DNA from: Alphaproteobacteria bacterium
GTDB taxonomy: Bacteria > Pseudomonadota > Alphaproteobacteria > SP197
Reading direction: 5' to 3'
Assembly: GCA_965228895.1 (NCBI GenBank)
Contig: OZ245842.1
Location: forward strand, 3,808,001 to 3,872,000
DNA length: 64,000 bases
Position numbers and translations under genes: made by a program
The notes under the pieces: generated by a model
The model's database searches: none
Seen by the model: only the letters and a program-made list of their open reading frames with translations
Told to the model about the DNA's origin: nothing
Shown here: positions 39,776 through 49,573 of the stretch, in pieces
Position numbering within the stretch: position 1 is the stretch's first letter
How the letters are laid out: each line of letters opens with the position of its first letter

Positions 39776-40990
39776 TCAGACCCCCTGATACATGCGGCCG
39801 GGGTTTAGGACCGCGCGCGGGTCGAACCCTTCCTTGATGCGCCGCGTCAAACGGAAGCGTTCATCCGGTTGCGGATGAAAGACGGGTACCTCTGCCTTCA
39901 GCGCATCCGGCGCGACCATCAAGGTCGCGTGGCCGCCCGCCTCATCCGCTGCAGCCCGGACCGCGAGCGCCCGGTCGCGATCGGCCGGACCCGCCAACCA
40001 GATCAAACCGCCGCCCCAATCGAGGTAACCGGCTAAGTGCGCGTCTTCGGTCAGCGTCTCAAACAACGAACCGCCGGCGGCCGGCGGCACGGAGAGGCGC
40101 CAGACCATGTCGCCGCCTGCCAGGGACGCGACATCGCGGATCTCGCGCCACAACGTGCCGGAGTTCATGCCGTGCAGCTCTTCGACCGCGCCATGGGGTG
40201 CGACCATATCCTTGATCGCCGCCAATCGCGTGGCGGTCGAGGCGGGCGGGCCTTCCAGTCTGATCGCGGCCACCGAGGAAGCGGCACCGGAGACGTAGGA
40301 GACAGTCGAGCGCTTCGCGCTCGCCACCGGCAGAAAGGCAGCGCCGGACACGTCATGGGGGCTGGAGAGCGCGGCGCCAAGGACTTCAACGGCGGCAGAC
40401 GCGTCGAGCCCAGCGACCAAAATCGTGCGTGTCTTCTCGGCGGCCGGCAGCACCTTGACCGAAATCTCGGTCAACACGGCGAGCGTGCCGTAGGAGCCCG
40501 CCAAGAGCTTCATGACATCGTAGCCCGTGACGTTCTTCACCACCCGGCCACCGGCCTTGACGACTTCGCCCCTGCCCGTCACCGCCTGCAGTCCCAGAAA
40601 GTTGTCGCGTGCCGCACCGGCCTTGATGCGCCGCGGTCCCGACAGATTGGTCGCGATGACGCCGCCCAAGGTCGCGTGTTCGGCGGGCGCGCCCAACAGC
40701 GGTCCGAAGTCCGGCGGCTCGAAGGAGAGCTGCTGGTTCTTCTGGCGCAGCATGGCTTCGATCTCGGCGATCGGCGTCTGCGCCGCCGCGGTCAGCACCA
40801 GTTCCTCCGGCTCGTAATCGGTAACGCCGGAGAGGCCCGTGAGATCGAGCACGCGCGGCGCCGTGACGCCATAACCCAGTCCGCGCTTCGTGCCGGCGCC
40901 GACCACTTCCATCGGCTCGCCTTCCGCCGCCGCCCAAGCGAGCGCGTCGGCAACACCCTGGGCATCGCGCGGCCTGACGATCTCAGTCAT
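39776..40990 (-). CDS. glcE: Glycolate oxidase FAD-binding subunit
   Basis: 'YEPEELV', 'GPRRIKAGAARD', 'GGRVVKNVTGYD', 'FDP..VLNPGR'. Lies between glcD and glcF. Confidence 0.94.
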   Translation of the reverse strand: MTEIVRPRDAQGVADALAWAAAEGEPMEVVGAGTKRGLGYGVTAPRVLDLTGLSGVTDYEPEELVLTAAAQTPIAEIEAMLRQKNQQLSFEPPDFGPLLGAPAEHATLGGVIATNLSGPRRIKAGAARDNFLGLQAVTGRGEVVKAGGRVVKNVTGYDVMKLLAGSYGTLAVLTEISVKVLPAAEKTRTILVAGLDASAAVEVLGAALSSPHDVSGAAFLPVASAKRSTVSYVSGAASSVAAIRLEGPPASTATRLAAIKDMVAPHGAVEELHGMNSGTLWREIRDVASLAGGDMVWRLSVPPAAGGSLFETLTEDAHLAGYLDWGGGLIWLAGPADRDRALAVRAAADEAGGHATLMVAPDALKAEVPVFHPQPDERFRLTRRIKEGFDPRAVLNPGRMYQGV

Positions 40991-41005
40991 GCGATATCCC
41001 AGGCA

Positions 41006-42493
41006 TCAGAACCGGGGGAGATCAGGGAACGGTAGCTGGCCGTGATGCACATGCATGCGGCCGAGTTCGGCGCAGCGATGCAGCGTCGGGAACACCTTGC
41101 CCGGGTTCAGCAAACCGTCGGGATCAAAGGCGCACTTGACCCGCTGCTGCTGCTTCAGGTCGGCCTCGTCGAACATGGTGCCCATCAGATCGCGTTTCTC
41201 GACACCGACGCCGTGTTCGCCCGTCAACACGCCGCCGACCTCGACGCACAACGTCAGGATCGCGGCACCCAGTTCCTCCGCACGCTCGAGGTCGCCGTCC
41301 TTGCCGGCGTCATACATGATGAGGGGATGCAAGTTGCCGTCGCCGGCGTGGAAGACATTGATAACGCCGAGCCCAAACTCCTCCGACAGCTCGCCCATAC
41401 GTTCTAGCACGTCGGCCAGGCGGCCGCGCGGTATCGTGCCGTCCATGCAGTAATAGTCGGGCGACAGCTTGCCGACGGCGGGGAACGCGGATTTCCGACC
41501 GAGCCAGAAACGCTGGCGTTCGTCTTCATTTGCACTCTGTCGGATGGTCGACGCGTTGCACGCCCTGGCGATGTCGCTGACTCGCGCCGTCAGCTCCTCG
41601 ACCTCGGCTTCCGGCCCGTCGAGCTCGCAGATCAAAAGCGCTTCGGCATCCAGCGGGTAACCGGCCTTGCAGTAGTCCTCGGTGGCGCGCACGCAGGCGT
41701 TATCCATCAGCTCCAGGCCGGCGGGAATAATGCCCGCCGCGATGATGTCGGCGACACAACGCCCGGCATCGGTCATCGCGTCAAAACCGAGCAACAGTGC
41801 CGTCGCCGTCGGCGGTTTGGGCAGGATACGCACGGTGACCTCGGTGATGACGCCCAAGAGACCTTCTGAGCCGGTCATGATGCCCAGCATGTCGTAACCG
41901 TCAGCATCGAAATGTTTGCCGCCGATGCGCACGACATCGCCGTTCATCAGGACGATCTCGAGACCCAGCAGATTGTTGGTGGTGACGCCATACTTCAGGC
42001 AGTGCACACCGCCGGAGTTCTCCGCCACGTTGCCACCGATGGAACACGCGATCTGGCTCGACGGGTCCGGCGCATAATAGAAGCCAGCCGCGTCGACGGC
42101 CTGCGATATCGCCAGATTGGTCACGCCGGGCTGCACGACGACGGCCCGGTTGGGATAGTCGATCTCCAGAATGCGGTTGAACTTGCCGAGCGCCAGGATG
42201 ATGCCGTCTTCCAGCGGCAGCGCGCCGCCGGAAAGGCCTGTGCCCGAACCGCGCGGCACGACCTTCACCTTATGCTCGGCGCACAGCTTCAGGACATCCG
42301 CAACCTCGGCCGTGGTCTCCGGCAGAACGACGGCCAGTGGCAGGGCGCGATAAGCCGACAGGCCGTCGCATTCGAAGGCGCGCAGGCCCGTTTCGTCGGC
42401 GACCACCTTTTCACCCGGCAAAAGTTCGGCGAGAGCGGCGACAAACGTCGCCCGCCCCGCCATAACGTCCTGATCGGGTTCCGGCATCAACAT
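41006..42493 (-). CDS. glcD: Glycolate oxidase subunit
   Basis: 'PRGSGTGLSGG', 'YAPDPSSQIACSIGGN', 'HAGDGNLHP', 'GEHGVG'. Confidence 0.96.
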   Translation of the reverse strand: MLMPEPDQDVMAGRATFVAALAELLPGEKVVADETGLRAFECDGLSAYRALPLAVVLPETTAEVADVLKLCAEHKVKVVPRGSGTGLSGGALPLEDGIILALGKFNRILEIDYPNRAVVVQPGVTNLAISQAVDAAGFYYAPDPSSQIACSIGGNVAENSGGVHCLKYGVTTNNLLGLEIVLMNGDVVRIGGKHFDADGYDMLGIMTGSEGLLGVITEVTVRILPKPPTATALLLGFDAMTDAGRCVADIIAAGIIPAGLELMDNACVRATEDYCKAGYPLDAEALLICELDGPEAEVEELTARVSDIARACNASTIRQSANEDERQRFWLGRKSAFPAVGKLSPDYYCMDGTIPRGRLADVLERMGELSEEFGLGVINVFHAGDGNLHPLIMYDAGKDGDLERAEELGAAILTLCVEVGGVLTGEHGVGVEKRDLMGTMFDEADLKQQQRVKCAFDPDGLLNPGKVFPTLHRCAELGRMHVHHGQLPFPDLPRF

Positions 42494-42671
42494 GGTCTTG
42501 CCTACGTCTTACGATCGTCGAGAGCACCTAGATTGCCTGCCCGGCTTGCCACGTCAACGCCGGTGGGATCAATCATCGCCCCTTGCAGGCGCCAGAAACA
42601 GCAGCGCCGGGCAGTGCCCGGCGCGAAAACATCTCAAAAAACGCCCGAAAGCGGCCGAAAACGGCTCCTGA

Positions 42672-42797
42672 TCAGCCCTGGCGGGCCTTGAAGCGGGGAT
42701 TCTGCTTGTTGATGACGTAGACACGGCCCTTGCGCCGGATCACCCGGCACTTCTGGTGGCGTGTCTTCATCGATTTGATCGAATTGACGACTTTCAT
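42672..42797 (-). CDS. rpmJ: 50S ribosomal protein L36, type B (zinc-independent); absent from the supplied ORF track
   Basis: My translation: [41 protein letters not shown] (41 aa). GGAGGA RBS. Confidence 0.97.
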   Translation of the reverse strand: MKVVNSIKSMKTRHQKCRVIRRKGRVYVINKQNPRFKARQG

Positions 42798-42856
42798 GGT
42801 CTTTCCTCCAGCGCAGCCAGCGGGCGCGCCGCTTCGTTCCGAAATTCAAGGCGCGG

Positions 42857-42885
42857 ACCATACTGATCCGGCCACGCCACGTCAA
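42857..42885 (-). promoter_or_regulatory. Sigma70-type promoter of rpmJ
   Basis: TTGACG-N17-TATGGT on the minus strand. Confidence 0.6.
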
Positions 42886-42903
42886 CGGGCGGCAGGTGTA
42901 AGA

Positions 42904-43401
42904 CTAGGAATAGGCGATCGCCAGGACTTCCAGATCGATATCGCCGGCCGGGCGTTTCCAGGTGACGATATCGCCGACGCCGGCGCCATCGAGCGCGCGC
43001 GCCAGGGGCGAGACCCAGCTGACCTTGCCGGCATCGAAGTCCGCCTCGTCTTCGCCGACGATTGAGTAGGTGTGTTTCTCACCGTCCTCGCCGGCGACTT
43101 GCACGGCGGCGCCAAAAGCGACCTTGTCGGCGGGTTGATCGGCGGGCTCGATCAACTCGGCATGGTAGAGACGACCCTCGATGTATCGGAGATCGCGCTC
43201 GACATGGGCGAGCTGGCTCTTTTCTACAATGTCCTCGGAGCCGGCCAGACGCTCACGTTCCTTCTCGAGCTTGGCCTGGCGCGCCTCAAGATCCTTTAGA
43301 CCCTGGGGCGTCACACGGTTGGGAATGGGCTCCTGCGGCAATTCCGGCAGGTCATCGGCGACCGCGTCGCCGTCCGGTTCCCTAACAAAGGCTCTGCTCA
43401 T
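42904..43401 (-). CDS. GreA/GreB-family protein with a short coiled coil
   Basis: 'MSRAFVRE', 'VTPQG', 'VAFGAAV', 'YSIVGEDEAD', 'VSWVSPLARAL'. Confidence 0.9.
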   Translation of the reverse strand: MSRAFVREPDGDAVADDLPELPQEPIPNRVTPQGLKDLEARQAKLEKERERLAGSEDIVEKSQLAHVERDLRYIEGRLYHAELIEPADQPADKVAFGAAVQVAGEDGEKHTYSIVGEDEADFDAGKVSWVSPLARALDGAGVGDIVTWKRPAGDIDLEVLAIAYS

Positions 43402-43599
43402 CGGACATCTCCCACCATCCGGCGCTCAAAAACGTCGGTTTTTCAGGAACTTGGTCAAAATTGGCGCGGCCGCCGCCGCCCACGGCACCCGCGCAATACC
43501 CATTATTATATGGCGTCGGTGGTACCGCTGGCCAAGGGCCATTAGGAGATCTCGATGGTAGTGCGTACCAAAAACGATTTCTCGCAAACGGACAATTTT

Positions 43600-44619
43600 C
43601 TAGGCAATTCGACCCGATGGCGGATCACCGCGCAGGTGATCGGCGACAGCCGTGAACATGAGCCGGTAATCCGCCCACGGATCTTCCGGCGCGCCGCCGG
43701 CCACATGGGGGGTCAGGATGACGTTGGCGCCCTCGCGGGCCAGATTGACCAAGGGGTTGCCGGCCTCGACCGGCTCGACCGCGAAGGTGTCGAGTGCCGC
43801 GCCCGCCAGATGGCCGTCGCGGATCAGATCGGCCAACCCCGCTTCGTCGATGACGCCGCCGCTGCCGGCACTCACCAGGAAAGCGCCCGGTTTCATCGAT
43901 GCCAGCCGGTTACGGTCGAGGTACCCGGCCGTCTGATCGGTGTAGGGCAGTAGACACACAACGACATCGCTCGCCGCCAGCAGCGTCTCGTTATCGCGGT
44001 AGGCAATGCACAACGCGTCTTCGACCACATCGGGAAGACGACGGCGCCGGGCATAGAGCATCGTCAAGTTCCACGGCGCCAATCGCGCCGCCAACACCGC
44101 GCCAATCTCGCCCATACCCAGGATGCCGACCGTCATGCCGTCGAGATTTCGGTGGTCGCGCCGTTTCGACCAGTTGTACGCGAAGGTGTCTTCGTCGGTC
44201 CGCCGCCGCTCGGCCCAGTCGTCACCGGCCGCTTCCGCGATCGCCTGGACTGCGGGCAAACGGTGCAGCAGCGCAAGGATCTGCAAGACCGTGAACTCGG
44301 CCACCGCCACGGCGCCCTCCTGATAGCGCTGGCAGACGATGACGTCCTTCTCTTTTGCCGCCGCCAGATCGATGTCGTGGGTCAGGGCCCCGAGCCGCAG
44401 GACGAGCCGCAGGTTGGGTGCGGCATCCAGCAACGCGGCGTCGATGCGCCCAACCCGTTCGCTCACCAAATAAGTCGCGTCGGCAAGCGCGGTCTTCAGA
44501 GCCGCCTGGTCGGGCGACCGCAACATGACGAGGTCGACGCCGTCGGGCGCAACCGTCGCGGTCGCTTCCTGGTGGTAAGCACTGCGCTCCGTCGTGAACA
44601 CAAGACGGGGTTTGGCCAT
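43600..44619 (-). CDS. D-isomer-specific 2-hydroxyacid dehydrogenase-family protein
   Basis: 'VGILGMGEIG', 'MKPGAFLV', 'GAALDTFAVEP', 'NVILTPHVAG'. Confidence 0.88.
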   Translation of the reverse strand: MAKPRLVFTTERSAYHQEATATVAPDGVDLVMLRSPDQAALKTALADATYLVSERVGRIDAALLDAAPNLRLVLRLGALTHDIDLAAAKEKDVIVCQRYQEGAVAVAEFTVLQILALLHRLPAVQAIAEAAGDDWAERRRTDEDTFAYNWSKRRDHRNLDGMTVGILGMGEIGAVLAARLAPWNLTMLYARRRRLPDVVEDALCIAYRDNETLLAASDVVVCLLPYTDQTAGYLDRNRLASMKPGAFLVSAGSGGVIDEAGLADLIRDGHLAGAALDTFAVEPVEAGNPLVNLAREGANVILTPHVAGGAPEDPWADYRLMFTAVADHLRGDPPSGRIA

Positions 44620-44622
44620 GCC

Positions 44623-45879
44623 TTAGAACCGGTCGGCGCGGAACGGTTTGAGGTCGACGCCGGGGTCTCGGTCGGCGACGAGGTCGGCCACGATCCGACC
44701 GCTGTTGGCGGCCATGCTGAGACCCAGATGCTGGTGTCCGAAGTCGAACCAGACATTGCTGAAACCCGCCGCCGCGCCCAGAACAGGAAGATAGTCCGGC
44801 ATGGTCGGACGGCAACCCATCCAGCGCGTCGTTTCCGTCGCGATCGACGGGTCGAGATCGCGAAAGACGGTGCGGCCAAGCTGATAGACGTTATCGGCGC
44901 GCGCCAGGTTCTCCGGTGCGTCGACACTTGCCAACTCGACCGTGCCGGCAAAGCGGATGCCTTCGTCCATCTGGTTGATGCCGCAATGGCGCTCGCCATG
45001 CAGCACCGGCCGGGTCAGACCGGTGTCGATACCATGGAAGACCGTGTGATAGCCGCGCTCGGTATCGAGCAGCACCTTCAGGCCCATCATCTTGGCGACA
45101 CGCGCCGACCACGCGCCGGCAGCGACAACCAGCCGGTTGACGGCGATGTCGCCTTGATCCGTCTCCAAAACCGTCACCCGGCCGTTGCCGTGCTGCAGAC
45201 CGGTGACATCGGCCTGAACAACCGTGCCGCCATTGGCGACAAAATCATCGGCCAGGCCGCTCGTCAGCTTATACGGATTCACCGTGCTGTAGCTTTGCGG
45301 CAGGTAGGTCGCGTGCTTGAGCTTCGGCGTCAGCACCGGCTCCATCTGGCGCAGTTCGTCGGCGCCCAGTTCCTCCAGCGTCGCGCCCATCTTTGTCAGG
45401 ATGCCGCGCTCCCTGGCGCCTCCGGCAAAACCCTCATCGGTCTCATAGACCAGCAACATGCCGTTGCGCCGAATGAGCGGCGCAACGGAACTATCGGCGG
45501 TCAGCACGTCATAGGCCGTCGTGTTGCCCGCCAGAAGATCATAGAGCGCGCGGGCACCGGCCATCCGGCGGCCATGCGGCGCGGCACGCATGAAGTGGAA
45601 GAGCCACGGCGCCAGACGCGGAAGATAACGCCAGCGCATGATGAGCGGGCTGCTTGCGTCGAACAGCATATGCGGCAGATCGCGCAACACGCCGAACGAG
45701 GGCAGCGGTATCGCCGCATCCGTGCTGCAGATTATGCCCGCGTTACCAAACGAACAGGACATGCCCGGTGCGACCCGGTCGACAATCGTGACTGTCAGAC
45801 CGTCGCGTTGCAGGAACAGGCCGGCGCAAACGCCGACAATGCCGGCGCCAATGATCGTCACGTCCGCACTGGCACTCAT
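44623..45879 (-). CDS. FAD-dependent D-amino-acid dehydrogenase-like oxidoreductase
   Basis: 'IIGAGIVG', 'CSFGNAG', 'ERGYH', 'WMGCRP..PDYLPVLG', 'FGHQHLGL'. Confidence 0.9.
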   Translation of the reverse strand: MSASADVTIIGAGIVGVCAGLFLQRDGLTVTIVDRVAPGMSCSFGNAGIICSTDAAIPLPSFGVLRDLPHMLFDASSPLIMRWRYLPRLAPWLFHFMRAAPHGRRMAGARALYDLLAGNTTAYDVLTADSSVAPLIRRNGMLLVYETDEGFAGGARERGILTKMGATLEELGADELRQMEPVLTPKLKHATYLPQSYSTVNPYKLTSGLADDFVANGGTVVQADVTGLQHGNGRVTVLETDQGDIAVNRLVVAAGAWSARVAKMMGLKVLLDTERGYHTVFHGIDTGLTRPVLHGERHCGINQMDEGIRFAGTVELASVDAPENLARADNVYQLGRTVFRDLDPSIATETTRWMGCRPTMPDYLPVLGAAAGFSNVWFDFGHQHLGLSMAANSGRIVADLVADRDPGVDLKPFRADRF

Positions 45880-45957
45880 GGCATCGATCCGAAAGGTTCG
45901 TTCATACGGTCTTGTATCATTGTCACACCCCGGCGCGCGGCATGGGAAGGCTCCGGT

Positions 45958-47154
45958 TCATGCGTCCCTGCTGAGGCTCTTGCGCAGGAACTCCAACGCG
46001 CTGATGACGGCATAGTTGCGCAGGCGCCGCCGGTCACCGGGTAACGCCACGGTTGCCGCGTGGCCGCCCGACGACGTGGCGATCGCGGCGAAGACGGTGC
46101 CGGGCGCGAAGTCGCGGTGATTGCTGGGCGTAACGGCGGCAAGACCATAGGTCGCATCGAACGTGGTGCGCGCCTCGTTTGCCATGGTGATCGCGTCTTC
46201 CTGAACAGCGACATGACCTTCCGGCGCCTCCGTGAGCGAGCCGGCGAAGACGGCGTGTTCCGGGTCCACAGCCGTCATGCGGGTCGCCATCAAACCGCCG
46301 GTCAGGCTTTCGTGGAGCGCCAGGGTCTCGGCGCGACGACGCAGGGTTTCCAGCACGACCGATTCCATGGTCTCGTCATCGACCGCAAAGATGATGTCGC
46401 CGAGCACCTCCCTGACCAGCGCCTCTTCGGCCGACAAGACCGCGTCGGCGGCGTCCTCGTCGGCCGCCTTGACGGTGAGCCGAACCTTGAGCCCTTCGAT
46501 GCCGCTGGCCTGGAATGCGATGGTCGCGTGGCCGGTCTCGTCGAGCTTGTCGAGGTGTGGCTCAAGCGTTTCGGCCAAGCCTGATTCGCTCATGCCCCAG
46601 GTCTTCAAGATACGGCTGCGGATCACCGCGGTCTCGCCGCTGCGCCGTCTGAGGTCAGGCAGGATGGTGCCTTCCATCATCTCGTGCATCTCATAAGGCA
46701 CGCCGGGCACCGCATAGATCACCTTGTCGCCGATTGGGCAGACCAGGCCCGGGGCTGTGCCCGGCATTTCGGCGATCACCGACGCCCCTTCGGGCACGTC
46801 CGCCTGGCGTTTGTTGTTATCGGTCATCTCCCGGCCGCGTGCCTCGAACATCTCGCGGATCTTGTCGACGATCGTTTCGTCGCGGTGCAGCGCGACGCCC
46901 ATGACATCGGCAATGACATCGCGGGTAATGTCGTCCTGGGTTGGGCCAAGACCGCCGCAGCAAATGACCGCATCGGCGCGATCGAGTGCCTGGCGCAGGC
47001 AAAACGCGATGCGCTCGGCGTTATCGCCGACCTTGACCTGGAAGTGGCAATCTATACCGGCCAGAGCCAGTTGCTCGCCGATCCATGACGAATTGCTGTC
47101 GATAATCTGGCCCAACAGCAGCTCGGTGCCGATGGCAACGACCTCACAACGCAT
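45958..47154 (-). CDS. cinA: CinA-like protein (MoCF/COG1058 domain + PncC-like domain)
   Basis: 'IGTELLLGQIIDSN', 'VGDN', 'GGLGPTQDDITR', 'PGVPYEM', 'ESLTGG'. Confidence 0.88.
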   Translation of the reverse strand: MRCEVVAIGTELLLGQIIDSNSSWIGEQLALAGIDCHFQVKVGDNAERIAFCLRQALDRADAVICCGGLGPTQDDITRDVIADVMGVALHRDETIVDKIREMFEARGREMTDNNKRQADVPEGASVIAEMPGTAPGLVCPIGDKVIYAVPGVPYEMHEMMEGTILPDLRRRSGETAVIRSRILKTWGMSESGLAETLEPHLDKLDETGHATIAFQASGIEGLKVRLTVKAADEDAADAVLSAEEALVREVLGDIIFAVDDETMESVVLETLRRRAETLALHESLTGGLMATRMTAVDPEHAVFAGSLTEAPEGHVAVQEDAITMANEARTTFDATYGLAAVTPSNHRDFAPGTVFAAIATSSGGHAATVALPGDRRRLRNYAVISALEFLRKSLSRDA

Positions 47155-47225
47155 AAAAGGAACCTCACAAAGGCGGGTGACGGTATTATACTGACATTTC
47201 GATGTGTCGACGACGGAGCCCCCGC

Positions 47226-48182
47226 ATGCCGAACGCCCTCAACATCGTGTCGCCGGATCTTGCCCACGATGCCATGGCCGCCTCGCTACTGGAACACGGC
47301 TATATTGTCATTGAGGAATTGGCGCCTGACCTGACGGCGCGGGCGCTGGGCGACCTCAAACCCCATATCGAGGCCGCGCCTTTCGGTCCTTCCGAGTTTC
47401 TGGGCCGGCGCACAAAACGTGTGGGCAGCTTGTTGCGCCACTCCCAGGCCGCGCGGGAACTGGTTGTCCATCCCGCGGTCATGGCGTTGTGCGACCTGAC
47501 ACTGCTGCCCCACTGCGCGCGCTATCAGCTCAACTTCTCAGGTGTCATGCACCTGGAACCAGGCGCCGGCGCGCAGACCTTGCACCGCGACGGCGGCCTC
47601 TATCCCATGCTGCACCCTCACCCGCCGATGATCATGCCGGCCATGTGGGCACTGAGCGACTTCACGAGCGAGAACGGCGGCACGCAGGTGGCGCCGGGCA
47701 GCCACATGTGGGCGCACGACCGCACGCCGATGACTGACGAAGTGGTGAACGCGGAAATGCCGGCTGGTTCGGTCTTGATCTATACCGGCGGCCTTTATCA
47801 TGGCGGCGGCGCAAACCGGTCGAACCGGGCAAGGACCGGCATGGCCCTGCAGTACTCGTTGGGTTGGCTGCGCCAGGAAGAAAATCAGTACCTCGCCAAT
47901 CCGCCGGAGGTCGCCAAAGACTACCCCGAGCGCCTGCAGCGGCTGATCGGCTATGACTATGGTGGGCCCTACCTGGGTTTCTTCAACGGCGACGATCCCC
48001 ACCGGGTGCTCGAAACCGATTACGATGGCGCTGCCCAACGTACCAACCCGGACCTCGACGCGGCGGCCGACAACGTTGAATGGCTGCGCTGGGGCAACAT
48101 GGCAGCGGTACCAACGCCGGACCGCGTCGGCGAATTGGCAGAGGCGGCAACGCAGCGGCCCGACAAACTCAGCGCCGATTAG
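47226..48182 (+). CDS. PhyH-family Fe(II)/2-oxoglutarate dioxygenase
   Basis: 'QTLHRD', 'DFTSENGGT..PGSH', 'YHGGGAN', 'GWLRQEEN'. Confidence 0.9.
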   Translation: MPNALNIVSPDLAHDAMAASLLEHGYIVIEELAPDLTARALGDLKPHIEAAPFGPSEFLGRRTKRVGSLLRHSQAARELVVHPAVMALCDLTLLPHCARYQLNFSGVMHLEPGAGAQTLHRDGGLYPMLHPHPPMIMPAMWALSDFTSENGGTQVAPGSHMWAHDRTPMTDEVVNAEMPAGSVLIYTGGLYHGGGANRSNRARTGMALQYSLGWLRQEENQYLANPPEVAKDYPERLQRLIGYDYGGPYLGFFNGDDPHRVLETDYDGAAQRTNPDLDAAADNVEWLRWGNMAAVPTPDRVGELAEAATQRPDKLSAD

Positions 48183-48914
48183 TCAGCCGGAAAGCCAGGG
48201 GGGCTGCGGCAGCGTGTGGAAGAGATCCTTTAGGCCAGCGCTATAGCTATCGCGCAGGCTGATGAGGTAGTCGTCATCAGCCTCGATACGCCGATAGGTC
48301 TCAGGCGTCAGGGTATCCTTCGCGTAGCACAACAGATCGATGGGCGGCGCGACCGACAGATTGCTGCGGATCGTCGCGTCCATCGACAGCACGGCGCATT
48401 TGCAGGCGTCAACGAGATTGCTGTCATGGCGGATCATGCGCACCAGGATCGGCTTGCCGTACTTGGTTTCGCCGATCTGCAGGAACGGCGTGTCCTCGCT
48501 CGCCTCAATGAAATTCCCGGCGGCATAGATCTCGAACAGACGGTGGGGCTCACCGGCAATCTGCCCGGCCAGAATGAAACTGGCATTCGGATTGCCATAG
48601 GGTTCGACATAGCTGGCGTCGCGCGCCAGGACTTTCCTCAACGTGTCGCCGACAAGTTGGGCGGCGTCGAACAGTGTCTTCGCCGACATCATGGTCGGCC
48701 CGTCGCAATCGTCGCAGTCCTGCTGCAGCTGGGTCACGACCGCCTGTGTCGTCGCCAGATTTCCCGACGACATCAAGGCGATCATGCGGTCGCCGTCTCG
48801 GTGGAAAAACGTGAGCTTGCGTGTCAAAGCGATCTGGTCGACGCCGGCATTGGTTCTGGAATCGGCTGCCAGAACCAGGCCATCGTCAAGCAGGATACCC
48901 ACACAATAGGTCAT
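48183..48914 (-). CDS. Proteasome-type protease (Anbu family)
   Basis: 'MTYCVG' with Thr2 nucleophile, 'DSRTNAGVD', 'GNLATTQ', 'QIGETKYGKPIL', 'TIRSNLSV'. Confidence 0.92.
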   Translation of the reverse strand: MTYCVGILLDDGLVLAADSRTNAGVDQIALTRKLTFFHRDGDRMIALMSSGNLATTQAVVTQLQQDCDDCDGPTMMSAKTLFDAAQLVGDTLRKVLARDASYVEPYGNPNASFILAGQIAGEPHRLFEIYAAGNFIEASEDTPFLQIGETKYGKPILVRMIRHDSNLVDACKCAVLSMDATIRSNLSVAPPIDLLCYAKDTLTPETYRRIEADDDYLISLRDSYSAGLKDLFHTLPQPPWLSG

Positions 48915-48923
48915 GACGTCATC

Positions 48924-49047
48924 CTAGAGCAGTTCCTGTTTTGATGGCATCAATGCAGGTGAATCTGCTCCACTCATAGATAAAGAGCGGATTCACATGG
49001 TTGGGTGGAACCATCAAGCGGTTCAACCCAACCACGAACCGCTCTAG
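48924..49047. repeat. RIME/CIR-like two-hairpin intergenic repeat
   Basis: CTAGAGCAG...GTGAATCTGCTC, CTCATAGAT spacer, then GAGCGG...CAAGCGGTTCAACC...CCGCTCTAG. Homologous to 36031-36165. Confidence 0.9.
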
Positions 49048-49532
49048 CCTGACTTTCGCTTGATGCCGACTCCCTGACCCGATTCCGGCGGGCGCCCCAG
49101 TTTTTCGTGGGCCGCGTGTACCGCTTCCAGATGCCGGCGCGCCTCGTCGGGAAACGGTGCCGGTTTACGTTGCTCCACGTCGATCTGAATTTCGATGATC
49201 TCGTAAAGCGCGGCGACATAGTCATCGCGTGTCTGATGCAGGTGATGAAACGTGACGAGCTTGTTGTGGTCGCAGTCGACCAGTCGCGACGTCACCAGCA
49301 GGGGATCGCCCAGCATCACCTCGCGGCGAAACCACGATGTTTCCTGCAGCGCGAAGATCGTGTGGCCGCGCGCCTTCAGCACCTCCCTAGAGATGCCGAG
49401 GAACCCGTAAAACTGCGTGACGCTCTTGTCGAACACATGGGTATAGGACCGGATGCCCATATGGCCATTGTGATCGACCCATTCCGGTTGGACAGTGGTG
49501 CGGAACTCGGCGAACGGTGCCGGGACACTCAT
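49044..49532 (-). CDS. 4HBT-family (hot-dog) thioesterase
   Basis: 'VQPEWVDHNGHM..Y..VFD'; resembles the betainyl-CoA thioesterase type. Confidence 0.85.
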   Translation of the reverse strand: MSVPAPFAEFRTTVQPEWVDHNGHMGIRSYTHVFDKSVTQFYGFLGISREVLKARGHTIFALQETSWFRREVMLGDPLLVTSRLVDCDHNKLVTFHHLHQTRDDYVAALYEIIEIQIDVEQRKPAPFPDEARRHLEAVHAAHEKLGRPPESGQGVGIKRKSG

Positions 49533-49573
49533 ACGAAACTCCTCGATGTTAAGGGGCCGACTGACGCTTACGT

